From the NCBI GenBank assembly GCA_036785375.1, contig JAWMAR010000030.1:7316001-7380000 (forward strand): DNA of 64,000 nt. Direction: 5' to 3'. Source of the stretch: Leucoraja ocellata (taxonomy: Eukaryota). The first letter of the stretch is position 1; every line of letters begins with the position of its first letter. Position numbers and translations under genes: made by a program. This document shows, in pieces, positions 63,028 to 64,000 of the stretch. The notes beneath the pieces are model-generated. The model was given only the letters and a program-made list of their open reading frames with translations, did no database searches and was not told the DNA's origin.

Positions 63028-63620
63028 AGTCAAAGTCAAAGCCAATTTTATTCGTCACATGCACCCGAAGGTGCAGTGAAATGAATTTGCCAGCAGTGAT
63101 ACACTTAAAAAGTACACACAATACACAATAGAATTGAACCCAAACATTCTTCACTGTGGTGGAAGGCAAGAAAGTTCAGTCAGTCCTCCTCCTTTGTTCA
63201 TCCGTGGTCGGGGCCATGAACCATGCGTAGTCGCCGCACACTTGGAGTGCCCGAATCGGCACTCTGCAGACCACAACCCCATGATGTCAAAGTCACCAGG
63301 CCAGCGATCGGAGCACTTGTTTCGGGCGATCCCGGCCAGGGTTCGCCCGCTCCACGATGGAAAAGTCCACGCTGTGCTCGCTGCTGAGCTCCAGGCACGT
63401 CTCCGGGAAAGGCCGCTCTATTCCAATATGTTAGGCTGCGAGGGAGGCGACATGGAAAAAGTTGCCTCTCCGTTGAGGAGGCGACCAAAAGCAGCCCCCC
63501 CCCCCACCCCCACTACTCCCCACACAAGACGCACCAAGAGACACCAAAACTAACATTTAGATGCACCAAAAAAAAAGTCGAAATAACGAACACACTGCCG
63601 GCAGGGAAGCCGACACGCAG
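63028..63620 (-). mobile_element. GC/CpG-rich SINE-like element with (TGACTT)n tail
   Basis: aagtcaaagtcaaag..ttttattcgtcacatg tail and cactgtggtggaaggca motif shared (antisense) with 38400-38752. Confidence 0.7.
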
Positions 63621-63659
63621 TACCCCCACCAACCTAACAATGTTAGATTCGAAGAGCAA

Positions 63660-63990
63660 TACTGCTTTGGACATAACAGTATGTGTTGGCCTTGGAGGTC
63701 ATACAGCACTGATTTATGAGAATAATCCTGGGCCTTAACGGTTCACTTGTGAATGAAGGTGACTAATACTTGTATTCTCATGAATTTAGAATGTTGGGAG
63801 GTGATCTAATACAGCTTTTTCAAATAATGAAATGATTTATTAGAATGGACATTGGTAAGTGTTTCCTCTTGTGGGGAGAAACCAGAACAAGGAAACAAAG
63901 CCTTAACATTGGATCTATTATTCTGAGGATGAGATTAGGAAGTTTGATTTCAGCAAGGGGTAGTACAAATTTGGAAATTCCCCACCTCCC
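63660..63990 (+). mobile_element. Degenerate CR1 3' fragment
   Basis: LYSHEFRMLGGDLIQLFQIM..LVGRTRTR-like remnants. Confidence 0.7.
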
Positions 63991-64000
63991 CCTTGTATTA

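Noticed and set aside
63134-63553. 139-aa ORF and CpG-rich patch as a second promoter or exon
   Set aside because: Lies within a SINE-like element whose tail is shared with 38400-38752.
43333-64000. USP54 coding exons
   Set aside because: No MSWKRNYF/GLSNEPGQNSCFLN-like sequence seen; the coding start presumably lies beyond the window.

Overview
Vertebrate genomic DNA, very likely from a cartilaginous fish (skate/ray/shark; inferred from HER1/HE1-like CR1 LINE and V-SINE tails and the Penelope-derived repeats). On the + strand it holds three things. First is the large terminal coding exon of SYNPO2L (124-3116), with an in-frame (VMSPPPA)n coding minisatellite. Second is a complete 5-coding-exon MYOZ1 gene (17725-32560, 306 aa). 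Third is a CpG-island promoter with candidate 5'-UTR exons of the next gene, by conserved synteny probably USP54; no USP54 coding exon was seen. Introns and intergenic DNA are dense in CR1, Rex1, RTE, SINE and Penelope-like fragments. Most notable observations: (i) a high-copy Penelope-derived family carrying a minimal hammerhead-ribozyme core, repeatedly inserted as a fold-back (inverted) unit with 8-16 bp target-site duplications; (ii) a CpG-rich, stop-free ~370 bp unassigned segment fused to a LINE 3' end (candidate retrocopy or endogenous viral element); (iii) a near-perfect 64 bp palindrome next to a candidate micro-exon; (iv) a candidate uORF-bearing 5'-UTR exon. Repeat boundaries are approximate and read by eye; no database searches were run.
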